Positions 8,868-18,960 are shown, numbered from the stretch's first letter. The stretch: DNA of 32,000 nt from an uncultured archaeon (GCA_902385765.1 CABMGU010000077.1:24921-56920); one strand, 5' to 3'. Made by a program: numbers and translations. The notes: generated from the letters alone by a model not told the origin.

Positions 8868-9499
8868 ATCATCATCATGCAGCTCACGAACATCATCATG
8901 AAGCTCAGGAGCATCATCCAGAACCTCCAAAGCCGTCAAGGTTTTCTTTGTTCAAGCACAAGGTTGCTGGATTGTTTAAGGATATCGTTGAAGTGCCTCC
9001 TGAGGAATTGAAGCCGAAGGAGGAAGTAGTTGAGGAGGTTAGTCCTTTTCAGGAGATTAAGGAAGAGGAAATTGAGAAAGAGGAAGAACAGGTAGATGAA
9101 GATGTTTCTGTTGAGGATGAGCGGGAGAGGACTCGCCAGCAGATTCACGCTCATATTGTTCAGAATCTGAATCAGGCTGTTTCTAAGTGGAAAGAGACCG
9201 GCGAGATTGGAATGCACTTGGAGCCTCCTGTTCCTTTAAGCGACAGGATGAAAGCAGTGTGGGACAAGATTCGGCCTGCCAGTGCCGCAGTTTCTGCAAA
9301 GCTGAAATGTTATGCTGATGAGGTTATGGAAAAGGTTTCCTCCCGTTTGCAGAAGGCTGAAGTCGAAGGTCATCACGTTGAGCCTGAAGCAGTGATTGAG
9401 GAGGAATGGGGCACTGTTTTGAAAAAAATAGAAGAAGTCAGCTCCTCTTCTGAGCGTGATGAAATCGAAAAGATTTATAAACAGCTTATTGAAGAGTAA
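8855..9499 (+). CDS. His-rich / acidic soluble protein, 214 aa
   Basis: The N-terminus reads MGKVNHHHAAHEHHHEAQEHH, followed by E/K-rich segments. It overlaps the upstream gene by 13 nt. Confidence 0.6.
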   Translation: MGKVNHHHAAHEHHHEAQEHHPEPPKPSRFSLFKHKVAGLFKDIVEVPPEELKPKEEVVEEVSPFQEIKEEEIEKEEEQVDEDVSVEDERERTRQQIHAHIVQNLNQAVSKWKETGEIGMHLEPPVPLSDRMKAVWDKIRPASAAVSAKLKCYADEVMEKVSSRLQKAEVEGHHVEPEAVIEEEWGTVLKKIEEVSSSSERDEIEKIYKQLIEE

Positions 9500-9504
9500 T
9501 TGTT

Positions 9505-10038
9505 ATGGAATCACATCGCTTGCTGTTGGGCGTGACTGTGTTTGGTGTGATTTTGTTCACGCTGTTTTTCAGCAAGCCGACAATCACGGGCTTTGTACCT
9601 GCAGAGACTTTTTCACAGAGTTTGGATATGGATGTTTCTGAAAGCCAGCGCTTTGTGCTTAGTTCTGAGGCGCCGTTGAAGTTGTCTTCCTTGTCCTTGT
9701 CAGGCAAGGTTAACGGTGCTGGTCTGGTTAATATTTACCTTTCTGATGGCGCTACTGAGCGGTTGGTTTTTTCCAACAAGAGGCGCCAGGGTTCTGCTAT
9801 TGATCAGATTACCGGTATGGCTTCGCTTGATATTTCTCCCGAGCAGATGCTTGAAAGGATTGAGAGTCTGCCTGCGGGCTATGTTGCAGTGCCCGGAGTT
9901 TTCAATAACGAGTGCCGTGAGACCTGTATTCTTGATCCTGCTTTGCTCAAGAATCCGGATTTGTATCTTGATGTTGTCGTTGAGCCCGGCACTGCCGTGC
10001 ACATTTCCGGGTTGAGATTTTCTATCTTTTCCAAATAA
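9505..10038 (+). CDS. Exported protein with a CxETC beta-domain (paralog of the 8058..8867 ectodomain)
   Basis: Signal/anchor sequence followed by KPTITGFV. It shares the LSLSGKVNGAGLVNIYL and NECRETCILDP blocks with the ORF at 8058. Confidence 0.7.
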   Translation: MESHRLLLGVTVFGVILFTLFFSKPTITGFVPAETFSQSLDMDVSESQRFVLSSEAPLKLSSLSLSGKVNGAGLVNIYLSDGATERLVFSNKRRQGSAIDQITGMASLDISPEQMLERIESLPAGYVAVPGVFNNECRETCILDPALLKNPDLYLDVVVEPGTAVHISGLRFSIFSK

Positions 10039-10100
10039 CGCAGACTTTTAGTCTGCGGGATAGAAGAATTGCGCACTAAAGTGCGGGATTAGACCCCGCA
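10039..10100 (+). other. Two tandem GC-rich hairpins, each followed by GCGGGAT(A/T)AGA, plus a mutually exclusive third hairpin
   Basis: Hairpin 1 is cgcagac-tttta-gtctgcg (10039-10057). Hairpin 2 is cgcac-taaa-gtgcg (10072-10085). The alternative hairpin is tgcggg-attagac-cccgca (10082-10100). The site lies between the stop at 10038 and the Elp3 TATA-like CTTTATAAA. Confidence 0.5.
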
Positions 10101-10145
10101 ATTCGTCTATAAGCTTTATAAACCGCGTTCTTTGTTTTCTCGTCA

Positions 10146-11768
10146 ATGGATGGCTTTTTTGATGAGGTCAGGGGTGCTGGAAGTTTAAGCAAGGATGATT
10201 TGTCTAAGCTGAAGACCAAGCTTGCAAGGAAGTATAAACTGCCTAAGATTCCTTCTAATGCTGAGGTTTTTTTGCATACTAAGGAGAAGATTGTTACTAA
10301 GCCGATTCGCACTTTGTCCGGTGTTGCTCCTGTTGCTCTGATGACTGCTCCTTTTCCCTGTCCTCACGGCAAGTGCTTGTATTGTCCTGGCGGTCTTGGT
10401 TCTCCTTTTGGTGATGTGCCTCAGAGTTATACTGGCAGGGAGCCGAGCACTATGCGTGGTGCACGCAACTTATATGATCCTTATTTGATTGTTTTTAATC
10501 GTCTTGAGCAGTTTGTTGCTATCGGTCACCTGCCTGAGAAAGTCGAACTTATCATTCAGGGCGGTACTTTTCCGGCTCTGCCTCAGGATTATCAGACTGA
10601 TTTTATTACATACGCGCTTAAAGCGCTCAACGATTTCGGTGAAAGATTTTTCGGCAGGTTTGATGATTTCCTTTCTTTTTTTGAATTGCCTGGAGTTCTT
10701 GGTGATGAAAAGCGCACTGAGCACATTCACGAGAAAGTTTTGAAGTTGAAAGGAAAAAGTTCTCTTGAGGTTGAGCAGAAGCGCAATGAGTCGGCAAAGA
10801 TTCGTTGTGTCGCTTTGTGTGTTGAGTCAAGGCCTGACTGGTGTTTTGAAAAGCATATCGATGGTATGCTGAAGCTTGGCGCTACTCGTGTTGAGATTGG
10901 CGTGCAGTGTTTGCGTGATGATGTTCTTGATTTTGTTCATCGCGGTCATTCTGTTGGTGATACCGTCAAAGCTTCTAAATTGATGCGCAACAGTTTGCTT
11001 AAAGTTGGTTATCATATGATGCCTGGGCTTCCTGGAATGACAAAAGAGATGGATATTGAGGATTTCAGGACATTATTCAGTAATCCTGATTTTATGCCTG
11101 ATGCAATCAAAATCTATCCGACGACAGTTATTAAGGGCACTGGTTTGTTTAATCTGTGGAAGTCTGGAAAATATTCTCCTTTGTCTGGCGAGGATGCTGT
11201 TGAGATTATCATTGAAGCTAAAAAGTTCGTTCCTAAATGGTGCCGTATTATGCGTATTCAGCGTGATATTCCTGGCAATGTGATTGAGGCCGGTCCTAAG
11301 CTTTCAAATCTGCGCCAGTCGATTGAGCATAAAGCAAAGTGCAGGTGTATTCGTTGTCGTGAGCCTCGCGACAAGCCTGTTGACTGGTCTTCTGTTAAAT
11401 TATTGCGCGAGGATTATGAAGCATCTGGCGGGAAAGAAATCTTTTTGTCTTTTGAGGATACAAAAAATGATTTGTTGCTGGGCTTCTGTCGTTTGCGAAT
11501 TATTCCAGAGAGCCATCGTTCAGAAATTCCGAAGGATAGTGCCGGTATTCGTGAATTGCACGTTTACGGTCAGGCTGTTCCTCTTGGCGAGTCTGGTGAC
11601 ATCCAGCATAAGGGTCTTGGCAGGAAGCTGATGGCAGAAGCTGAAAGGATTGCAAAAGAAGAGTTCTCCTGCAGGAAAATGCTTGTTATTTCTGGTGTGG
11701 GAGCGAAAGAATATTATTTTAAACTCGGGTATAAACCTGATGGAGTGTACATGAGCAAATGGCTTTGA
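10146..11768 (+). CDS. elp3: Elp3-type radical SAM / GNAT tRNA U34 modification enzyme
   Basis: PIRTLSGVAPVALMTAPFPCPHGKCLYCPGG is the Elp3 radical-SAM cluster region. The C-terminal GNAT block reads IRELHVYGQAVPLGE...HKGLGRKLMAEAE. Confidence 0.92.
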   Translation: MDGFFDEVRGAGSLSKDDLSKLKTKLARKYKLPKIPSNAEVFLHTKEKIVTKPIRTLSGVAPVALMTAPFPCPHGKCLYCPGGLGSPFGDVPQSYTGREPSTMRGARNLYDPYLIVFNRLEQFVAIGHLPEKVELIIQGGTFPALPQDYQTDFITYALKALNDFGERFFGRFDDFLSFFELPGVLGDEKRTEHIHEKVLKLKGKSSLEVEQKRNESAKIRCVALCVESRPDWCFEKHIDGMLKLGATRVEIGVQCLRDDVLDFVHRGHSVGDTVKASKLMRNSLLKVGYHMMPGLPGMTKEMDIEDFRTLFSNPDFMPDAIKIYPTTVIKGTGLFNLWKSGKYSPLSGEDAVEIIIEAKKFVPKWCRIMRIQRDIPGNVIEAGPKLSNLRQSIEHKAKCRCIRCREPRDKPVDWSSVKLLREDYEASGGKEIFLSFEDTKNDLLLGFCRLRIIPESHRSEIPKDSAGIRELHVYGQAVPLGESGDIQHKGLGRKLMAEAERIAKEEFSCRKMLVISGVGAKEYYFKLGYKPDGVYMSKWL

Positions 11769-12712
11769 AACCTTTTTTGGATGCGGACAAGTATGTGTTT
11801 AAGGAGAAGTTTATTGAGAGGTATAGCCAGCTTACTGATTGGGATGTTTTCAAGAAGTACACTTTGTCATTCTTGAGAAAATCGATTCGGGTTAACACCC
11901 TGAAAATTTCTGTTGAAGACTGCATTAAGCGTTTGCAGAAGGATTGGATTCTTGAGCCGATTTTGTGGTGTAAGGAGGGCTTTTTTATTGAGCATAAGCA
12001 GGGTCGTTTGGATGTTGGTAATACTGTTGAGCACGGTTTGGGTTATTATTATGTCCAGGAGTCTGCGAGTATGATTCCTCCTGTTGTTTTGAATCCTCAG
12101 CCTGGAGAGATTATTTTGGATATGTGTGCTTCTCCTGGCAGTAAGGCTTCCCAGATTGCTCAGTATATGAAGAATTCCGGCGTTCTTATTGCTAATGATG
12201 TTAAGGGCGACCGTTTGGCTGCTTTGGGCATTAATTTGCAGCGTGTTGGCAGTTTTAATCATTTGACTACTTTGATGCAGGGCGAGAAGTTTGCTGATGC
12301 CGGCATTTTGTTTGACAGGATTTTGTTGGATGCTCCTTGTTCCGGTACAGGCACCATTAGAAAATCTCCTAAGACTATTTTGATGTGGAATCCTGATATG
12401 ATTGTGCGTCTTGCCAAGGTTCAGAAGCGTTTGATTTTGGCTGCGTGGAAGATTTTGAAGCCAGGAGGAACGTTGGTTTACAGCACTTGTTCTTCTGAGC
12501 CTGAGGAGAACGAGGCTGTTGTCAGTCATCTGCTTGAAAATGTCAAGGATGCAAAAATGCTGGAGATTGATTTGCCGTTAAAGAGAAGTGCTCCTGTTCT
12601 TGAGTTTGAGGGTGAGCATTATCATCCTGAAGTTCATTGTTGTTTGAGGTTGTGGCCTCAGGATAATGATACTGAGGGTTTTTTCGTTGCTGGTATAAGG
12701 AAGGAGGTATGA
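11759..12712 (+). CDS. NOL1/NOP2/Sun-family RNA cytosine-C5 methyltransferase
   Basis: Motifs DMCASPGSK, LLDAPCSGTGTIRK and GTLVYSTCS, the last two carrying the catalytic Cys pair. It overlaps elp3 by 10 nt. Confidence 0.9.
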   Translation: MALKPFLDADKYVFKEKFIERYSQLTDWDVFKKYTLSFLRKSIRVNTLKISVEDCIKRLQKDWILEPILWCKEGFFIEHKQGRLDVGNTVEHGLGYYYVQESASMIPPVVLNPQPGEIILDMCASPGSKASQIAQYMKNSGVLIANDVKGDRLAALGINLQRVGSFNHLTTLMQGEKFADAGILFDRILLDAPCSGTGTIRKSPKTILMWNPDMIVRLAKVQKRLILAAWKILKPGGTLVYSTCSSEPEENEAVVSHLLENVKDAKMLEIDLPLKRSAPVLEFEGEHYHPEVHCCLRLWPQDNDTEGFFVAGIRKEV

Positions 12713-12715
12713 AAG

Positions 12716-13369
12716 ATGAAATATCTTGCATTGTTGTTATTGTTGCTGGTTGCCTGTGCGGCCAAGCCGGTTGTTAAGGATGAGTTGAATGCTTCTTTGG
12801 AAGTTGTTGAGAAAGAGATTGTTGAGGCTGAGAAAGCTGAGGCAAATGTTTCGGCTGCAGAGAATGTTTCTGCCGAGGTTGAAAAATTGGACTTGGAGGA
12901 GAACATGAACACTATTGTTGAATTGGAAACAAGTATGGGTACTATGAAAATTAAACTGTATGATGATAAGGCCCCTAAGACTGTTGAGAATTTCAAGAGT
13001 CTTGTCCAGAAGGGCTTTTATGACGGCACTATTTTCCACAGAGTCATCAAGAATTTTATGATTCAGGGCGGTGACCCTACTGGCACAGGTACTGGCGGTC
13101 CTGGTTACGAGATAGATGATGAGTTTGGTTCTGTTTTGAAGCATAGTAAGAAAGGTATTCTTAGTATGGCTAATGCTGGTCCGAATACTGGTGGCAGTCA
13201 GTTCTTCATAACATTGGTTGCAACTCCTTGGCTTGATGGCAAGCACGCTATTTTTGGAGAGCTTATAGAAGGTCAGGATGTTTTGGACAAGATTGGTTCA
13301 ACGCCTACTGGTCCTGGTGACAGGCCTAAGACTGAAGTGAAGATAATTAAGGCAAGAGTGGTGAAATGA
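12716..13369 (+). CDS. Cyclophilin-type peptidyl-prolyl isomerase with a lipoprotein-like signal peptide
   Basis: [18 protein letters not shown] has a lipobox-like LVAC. Cyclophilin blocks are [25 protein letters not shown] and [18 protein letters not shown] strong AAGGAGGT SD lies upstream. Confidence 0.9.
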   Translation: MKYLALLLLLLVACAAKPVVKDELNASLEVVEKEIVEAEKAEANVSAAENVSAEVEKLDLEENMNTIVELETSMGTMKIKLYDDKAPKTVENFKSLVQKGFYDGTIFHRVIKNFMIQGGDPTGTGTGGPGYEIDDEFGSVLKHSKKGILSMANAGPNTGGSQFFITLVATPWLDGKHAIFGELIEGQDVLDKIGSTPTGPGDRPKTEVKIIKARVVK

Positions 13370-13373
13370 TGGA

Positions 13374-13628
13374 GTGCCAAAAGTTTTATTAAAAAGAGAA
13401 GAATTCAGCAATTTGATGGAGATTATTTTTACAAGCCACGCAGAATTTCGGATTAAAAAGAGGAAACTTCTTGAGCAGGAGGTTGTCGACACCATAAGGT
13501 ATCCTGATATAACTATCAAGAAATACGACAAGTATTATTTCCAGAAGAAGCTCGAGAGAGGCACTATTGAAGTTTCCTGTGAAAAAACGGAAAGATATAT
13601 AAAAGTAATAACGGTATATTGGATTTAA
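13374..13628 (+). CDS. DUF4258-like toxin-type small protein
   Basis: MEIIFTSHAEFRIKKRKLLEQEVVDTIRYPD matches the DUF4258 pattern (i.fs.HA..Rm..R.I....v..vi..P). The true start may be the internal ATG at 13416. Confidence 0.65.
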   Translation: MPKVLLKREEFSNLMEIIFTSHAEFRIKKRKLLEQEVVDTIRYPDITIKKYDKYYFQKKLERGTIEVSCEKTERYIKVITVYWI

Positions 13629-13629
13629 G

Positions 13630-13845
13630 ATGGAAATCAGCTACGATAAGGAAGCGGATGCAATGTATATAGAATTCCGTAAAGGGGAATTTGCTAAGAA
13701 TAAAAAGATAGATGACTTGACGATAATTGATCTTGATAAAGATGACAACCTTTTGGGAATAGAGTTTCTTGAGGTTAGCAAGAGAATTCCTATTGAGTCG
13801 CTTTCTGAAGTGCATGTCAAGAACTTGCTCGCAGTAGCGCAATAG
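13630..13845 (+). CDS. DUF2283-like small protein (usual partner of DUF4258)
   Basis: MEISYDKEADAMYIEFRKGE...IIDLDKDDNLLGIEFL matches the YD.EAD.lYI... G.v.GiEil pattern. The start is 1 nt after the upstream stop. Confidence 0.7.
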   Translation: MEISYDKEADAMYIEFRKGEFAKNKKIDDLTIIDLDKDDNLLGIEFLEVSKRIPIESLSEVHVKNLLAVAQ

Positions 13846-13893
13846 TATGAATGATGTTGATGCATCTTAAATCCCAAACAAACTTATTGTAAA

Positions 13894-15029
<1,136 letters not shown>

Positions 15030-15046
15030 TTATTACTTGCGTTATG

Positions 15047-15054
15047 TTTATATA
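15047..15054. promoter_or_regulatory. Candidate shared (palindromic) TATA box for divergent gap and the dehydrogenase gene
   Basis: TTTATATA lies 36 nt from the gap ATG (minus strand) and 35-42 nt from the ATG at 15089. AGAGGT SD-like sequence precedes 15089. Confidence 0.35.
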
Positions 15055-15088
15055 TTTAGCGTCTTGTTCAAAACATAAAAGAGGTCTT

Positions 15089-16093
15089 ATGTCAAAAATA
15101 GTGTTTTTCGAGCTGGAGGATTGGGAAACTGCTTACATTAAGGCGCACTTGAAGGGTCACGACCTTGTTTTTGTTGAAAAGAGGCTGACTGAGGGTGTTG
15201 CTGACAAATATTCTGATGCTGACGCTGTTGCCGTATTCATTTACTCGCCTATCAACACGTCCATCCTGTCAAAACTGCCGAAGGTTAAGCTTGTTACTAC
15301 AATGTCTACTGGCTTTGACCATGTTGACCTTGACGCTTGCAGGAAGAAGAATATTGTTGCCTGTAATGTTCCTGCTTATGGTGATAATACTGTTGCTGAG
15401 CACGCTATGTGCTTGCTGTTGGCGATTGCCAGGAAGCTGGTTCCCAGCGTTGAGCGTACTAGGAAAGGTGATTTTTCTTTGGATGGCTTGCGTGGTTTTG
15501 ATTTGAAGGGCAAAACTATCGGCATTGTCGGTACTGGCAAGATTGGCAGGAATATGGCTCATTTTGCAGAAGCCTTTGGTATGAGTGTTATTGCTTTTGA
15601 CAAGTTCCCGAATTATGAGTTGGCAAAGGAGTGCGGTTTTGCTTATGTTTCATTGGATGCATTGTTTGCCCAGTCTGATGTCATCAGCCTGCATTTGCCT
15701 GAAAGCCCAGAAACTCATCATATCATCAATAAGGATAATGTGAGAAAAATCAGGAAGGGTTGCGTTCTTATCAATACTGCAAGGGGCGGTCTTGTTGAGA
15801 CAGAAGCTATTTTGATTGGTTTGAAGGAAAAGATTTTTTCTGCCTGCGGAATTGATGTTTTGGAGGAGGAATGCCACATTAAGGAGGAAAAGGAGCTTGT
15901 GCTTGAGTCTTTCCATCATACCTGTGATATGAAGACCATGTTGCAGACTCATATGCTTTTGTTGCAGCCGAACGTCATCATTACGCCTCATAACGCGTTT
16001 AACAGTTCTGAAGCTCTCGTGCGTATTCTCGATACCACGATTGACAACATTAATGCCTTTTTCGCTAATGTTCCCAAGAACAAGATTACGTAA
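15089..16093 (+). CDS. D-isomer-specific 2-hydroxyacid dehydrogenase (D-lactate dehydrogenase-like)
   Basis: NAD-binding motif GIVGTGKIGRNMA. The sequence also shows INTARGGLV and the catalytic-region ITPHNAF. The start was moved to MSKIVFF behind an SD; the track ORF begins at 15044. Confidence 0.88.
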   Translation: MSKIVFFELEDWETAYIKAHLKGHDLVFVEKRLTEGVADKYSDADAVAVFIYSPINTSILSKLPKVKLVTTMSTGFDHVDLDACRKKNIVACNVPAYGDNTVAEHAMCLLLAIARKLVPSVERTRKGDFSLDGLRGFDLKGKTIGIVGTGKIGRNMAHFAEAFGMSVIAFDKFPNYELAKECGFAYVSLDALFAQSDVISLHLPESPETHHIINKDNVRKIRKGCVLINTARGGLVETEAILIGLKEKIFSACGIDVLEEECHIKEEKELVLESFHHTCDMKTMLQTHMLLLQPNVIITPHNAFNSSEALVRILDTTIDNINAFFANVPKNKIT

Positions 16094-16148
16094 GTCTACT
16101 TTTGAATGGTAACAAACCTATTTAACTGATAAAGGCAAAAACTTCTCT

Positions 16149-16952
16149 ATGCGAAGTACTTTACTGCTAGTCGCGATTTCACTGCTGTTGTTTCCTATAC
16201 TGCTCCTGTTAATTGTTACACAGCAGGGCGCTTCTTATTTGGGAAATGTCGGGAACGTTTTCAATATTGTTCTTGCCTTATGTGCCGCGCTTGGCTGCTG
16301 GTTTGCTTATAGGAATATTGGTAAAGCTTTCCGTGATGAGAAGAAAGGCTGGTTTTTTGTTGCTCTTGCTTTCTTTATGTTTACTGCTGGAGAGCTTTTT
16401 TGGGCTTATTTTGAGTTTAAGGGCATAGAGGTTCCTCTTGGTTCTCTTGCTGACCTGTTCTGGACTTTGGGCTATTTTGCATTGATTTTTGGCTTGTACA
16501 CCTTTTTGTCAATGATGTTTTTCAGTTCAGAGTCTTATAATTATGTCATTCTAGTTGTTTTTGCGCTGATAGGTGGAGTTGTTGCCTTTTTTACCATTCC
16601 GTCAGACATTGCATCTGGAATGCTCACTCTTGGTCATTTTGTCCAGCAGTTTTACGTACTCCTGGACTTTATTTTGCTGGGCATGATAGTGGTTTTGATT
16701 CTTCCTTTGCTTCAGGCGCGTAATCGTCTTTTTGTTGCCTGGCTGCTTTTTGGTCTTGGTATTACTGTTTGGGTCGTGTTTGATTTCTTATTTGCAGGTC
16801 TTACCGAATTTAACATGTATTACTCTGGCAATCCTATTGATATCTTGTATGCGCTCTCTTATGTCCTGTTTGTTTTCGCTGCTGATGCAAAGCTGAAGTT
16901 GACAGAGCACGGAACTTATTTGCCTGCCAGAAAGGTGATTAAGTATGCGTAA
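16149..16952 (+). CDS. Polytopic (7-8 TM) membrane protein, paralog 1 of 3
   Basis: Shares the blocks EKKGWFF.ALA, G(E/D)..W..FE, P.GS..D.F and YYSG.P.D..Y...Y.LFVFAA with the ORFs at 16945 and 18184. Confidence 0.75.
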   Translation: MRSTLLLVAISLLLFPILLLLIVTQQGASYLGNVGNVFNIVLALCAALGCWFAYRNIGKAFRDEKKGWFFVALAFFMFTAGELFWAYFEFKGIEVPLGSLADLFWTLGYFALIFGLYTFLSMMFFSSESYNYVILVVFALIGGVVAFFTIPSDIASGMLTLGHFVQQFYVLLDFILLGMIVVLILPLLQARNRLFVAWLLFGLGITVWVVFDFLFAGLTEFNMYYSGNPIDILYALSYVLFVFAADAKLKLTEHGTYLPARKVIKYA

Positions 16953-17727
16953 GTCATTTTCGCTGGTAGTCTTGGCTTTGCTGCTTTTATCTCTGCAAAC
17001 TCTGGTATACGTCACTATGCAGGGCTACATTTACTTGGACATTCTTGGCAACCTGTTTATTTGTTCTATTTCCTTGTGCGCGATGGTTGCCTGCTGGATT
17101 CCTTATCGTAAATTGTCTAAGAACTTCCCGTTGGAAAAGAAAGGCTGGTTTTTTATTGCATTGGCAACGACCTTGTTCTTTTTGGGAGACATCGCTTGGG
17201 CTTTCTTTGAGGTTTTTTTGAAGATTCACGTTCCTGTCGGCTCTCTGTGTGATCTTTTCTGGAATCTTGCTTATTTTTCTTTGATGTACGGGCTTTGGTG
17301 TTTGATGTCCGTATTATTCTTTGAATCCCAAAACCGCAATAGAATCATATTATTCGCTTCATTCCTCATCGGCTGCGTGGTTCTCTTTTTCGACTTAAGA
17401 GTCCATTCGGCAAATCTGAGCTTTGTGGACTTTATTCAGCACCTTTATGTTTTTTATGACGTTATCATCCTCGGCATGATTTATCTCATTCTTATGCCAC
17501 TCTTAATGGCTCATAATCATCTTTTTATCACCTGGACTATTTTCGGTTCAGCCATTATTGCAAGAATTGTTTTTGATTTCATCTTTGCGCATATGAACGA
17601 TGCAGGGACTTTTTACACAGGTCACCCGCTTGACCTCGTTTACACATTTTCATACTTTTTGTTTGTCTTTGCTGCTTATGAGAAAGATAAATTAATAGGC
17701 ATAATTACAATGAGAGAAAAAGCATGA
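16945..17727 (+). CDS. Polytopic membrane protein, paralog 2 of 3
   Basis: Same conserved blocks as paralog 1. It overlaps the upstream gene by 8 nt and has an ATGA overlap with the downstream gene. Confidence 0.75.
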   Translation: MRKSFSLVVLALLLLSLQTLVYVTMQGYIYLDILGNLFICSISLCAMVACWIPYRKLSKNFPLEKKGWFFIALATTLFFLGDIAWAFFEVFLKIHVPVGSLCDLFWNLAYFSLMYGLWCLMSVLFFESQNRNRIILFASFLIGCVVLFFDLRVHSANLSFVDFIQHLYVFYDVIILGMIYLILMPLLMAHNHLFITWTIFGSAIIARIVFDFIFAHMNDAGTFYTGHPLDLVYTFSYFLFVFAAYEKDKLIGIITMREKA

Positions 17728-18182
17728 TTAAACTCATCGTAACCAAGAGCGAGAAGATGCAGGGCTTGTTTTTAAGCAGTGTTAAGAAGTTTAAGTCTTC
17801 AGGTGTTTGCGTTCTTGTTGCCAAGCCTTATTCTGCTGTAAAGAGTTCTTTGAAGAGTTCCCGTATTTTCTTTATTGATACTCTTGCCGAATCTAGTGAG
17901 GAGAATGTCATTCACGTTCCTCCGAGCAATCTAACTGCTTTGAGCATCGCGATTAACCAGGCTTTGCAGTCTTTGGAAGGCAAGAAGTTTTTGGCGTTCG
18001 ATTCATTCTCAACTTTGACTGTGCGCAATCCTCCTAAGGTTGTTTCTAAGTTTGCTTTGTTTTTGCTTGAGCGTATCCGTTCTTGGGATGTTGATACTGT
18101 GATTATTGTCTCAAAAGAAAGCACTGATGCTGAACTGCTCGCCATACTGAAGCAGTCTGTTGACAAGGTTGAGGAAAAGTAA
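17724..18182 (+). CDS. Small cytoplasmic alpha/beta protein, KaiC/RecA-like core without a P-loop (DUF835-like), copy 1
   Basis: The pattern GVCVLVAKPYS...IFFIDTL...NLTALSIAINQAL...FLAFDSFSTL...KFALFLLERIR...TVIIVSKES..ELLAILKQSVDKV resembles the degenerate KaiC-like DUF835 domain. No GxxxxGK(S/T) motif is present. Confidence 0.6.
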   Translation: MIKLIVTKSEKMQGLFLSSVKKFKSSGVCVLVAKPYSAVKSSLKSSRIFFIDTLAESSEENVIHVPPSNLTALSIAINQALQSLEGKKFLAFDSFSTLTVRNPPKVVSKFALFLLERIRSWDVDTVIIVSKESTDAELLAILKQSVDKVEEK

Positions 18183-18183
18183 T

Positions 18184-18960
18184 ATGCGCCGTTTGCTGGT
18201 GTTCTTTGCACTCGTTTTCTTTGTTTTGCAGCTCTTTTTTGTCGCGACTCAGCAGGCTAATCCTTCATTGGCGTTGGCAAGCAATATTTTGCAGGACCTC
18301 CTGGGCTTGTGCGCTGTTATCGGATTTTGGATTGTTTATGCAAAAGTTGAAAAAAGGTTTGATGAGGAAAAAAAGGGCTGGCTTTGCATCGCCCTTGCGT
18401 TTTCGCTGTTTTTCATTGCCGATGTTATCTGGACTGTTTTTGAGGCAATTCTGCACATCAATCCAATTGGTTCTGTTCCAGACTTTTTTTATCTTTTAGC
18501 ATACCTTGTCTTGATGTGGGGGATGTATTATTTCATATCCTCAATGTTTTTCCGGTCGCAGGCTCTTAACTGTGCTATTGGAGGATTGACTTTTATTATT
18601 GCAGGTCTTTTCTTTTACATGAATATTCTGCAAAACGTCCTGGTAAAAGTGTTTTCGTGGGCCTCGCTTATTCAGGAATCTTATGGCTTTTTTGATATTC
18701 TTCTTTTGGGGCTTGTGCTGATTTTGATAATCCCTCTCATTGTATCTCATAACCGCCTGCTGAGGTCCTGGCTGCTTTTTGGAATGGGCATTATTGCTTT
18801 GGCAGTCTTTGATTTGGCTTTTTCAGAATTTGCTGTTCGGGGAATGTATTATTCCGGTCATCCTATTGACATTGTGTATTGTCTTGCGTATCTGCTGTTC
18901 GTTTTTGCCGCATATTATAAGCTTAAACTTTTGAAAAATGATAACCCTCATAATCACTAA
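18184..18960 (+). CDS. Polytopic membrane protein, paralog 3 of 3
   Basis: Starts at MRRLLVFF, 1 nt after the upstream stop. Conserved blocks are EEKKGWLCIALA, YYSGHPIDIVY and LLFVFAAYYKLKL. Confidence 0.75.
   Translation: MRRLLVFFALVFFVLQLFFVATQQANPSLALASNILQDLLGLCAVIGFWIVYAKVEKRFDEEKKGWLCIALAFSLFFIADVIWTVFEAILHINPIGSVPDFFYLLAYLVLMWGMYYFISSMFFRSQALNCAIGGLTFIIAGLFFYMNILQNVLVKVFSWASLIQESYGFFDILLLGLVLILIIPLIVSHNRLLRSWLLFGMGIIALAVFDLAFSEFAVRGMYYSGHPIDIVYCLAYLLFVFAAYYKLKLLKNDNPHNH

Noticed and set aside
11867-12529. 220-aa minus-strand ORF opposite the NOL1/NOP2/Sun gene
   Set aside because: It is antisense to a gene with clear catalytic motifs. The Q/N/L/R-rich composition is typical of a shadow ORF.
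12707-12775. Alternative ATG at 12707 upstream of the cyclophilin start
   Set aside because: It is in a different frame and terminates after about 22 codons. The ATG at 12716 has correct spacing to the AAGGAGGT SD and yields the signal peptide plus cyclophilin domain.
18160-18183. Track starts MTRLRKSN (18160) and MTRSRKSN (19389) for the TM3 and pgk ORFs
   Set aside because: Both arise from the duplicated 3' end of the DUF835-like genes, read in another frame. The downstream ATGs at 18184 and 19440 give N-termini that match the paralogs and canonical PGK.
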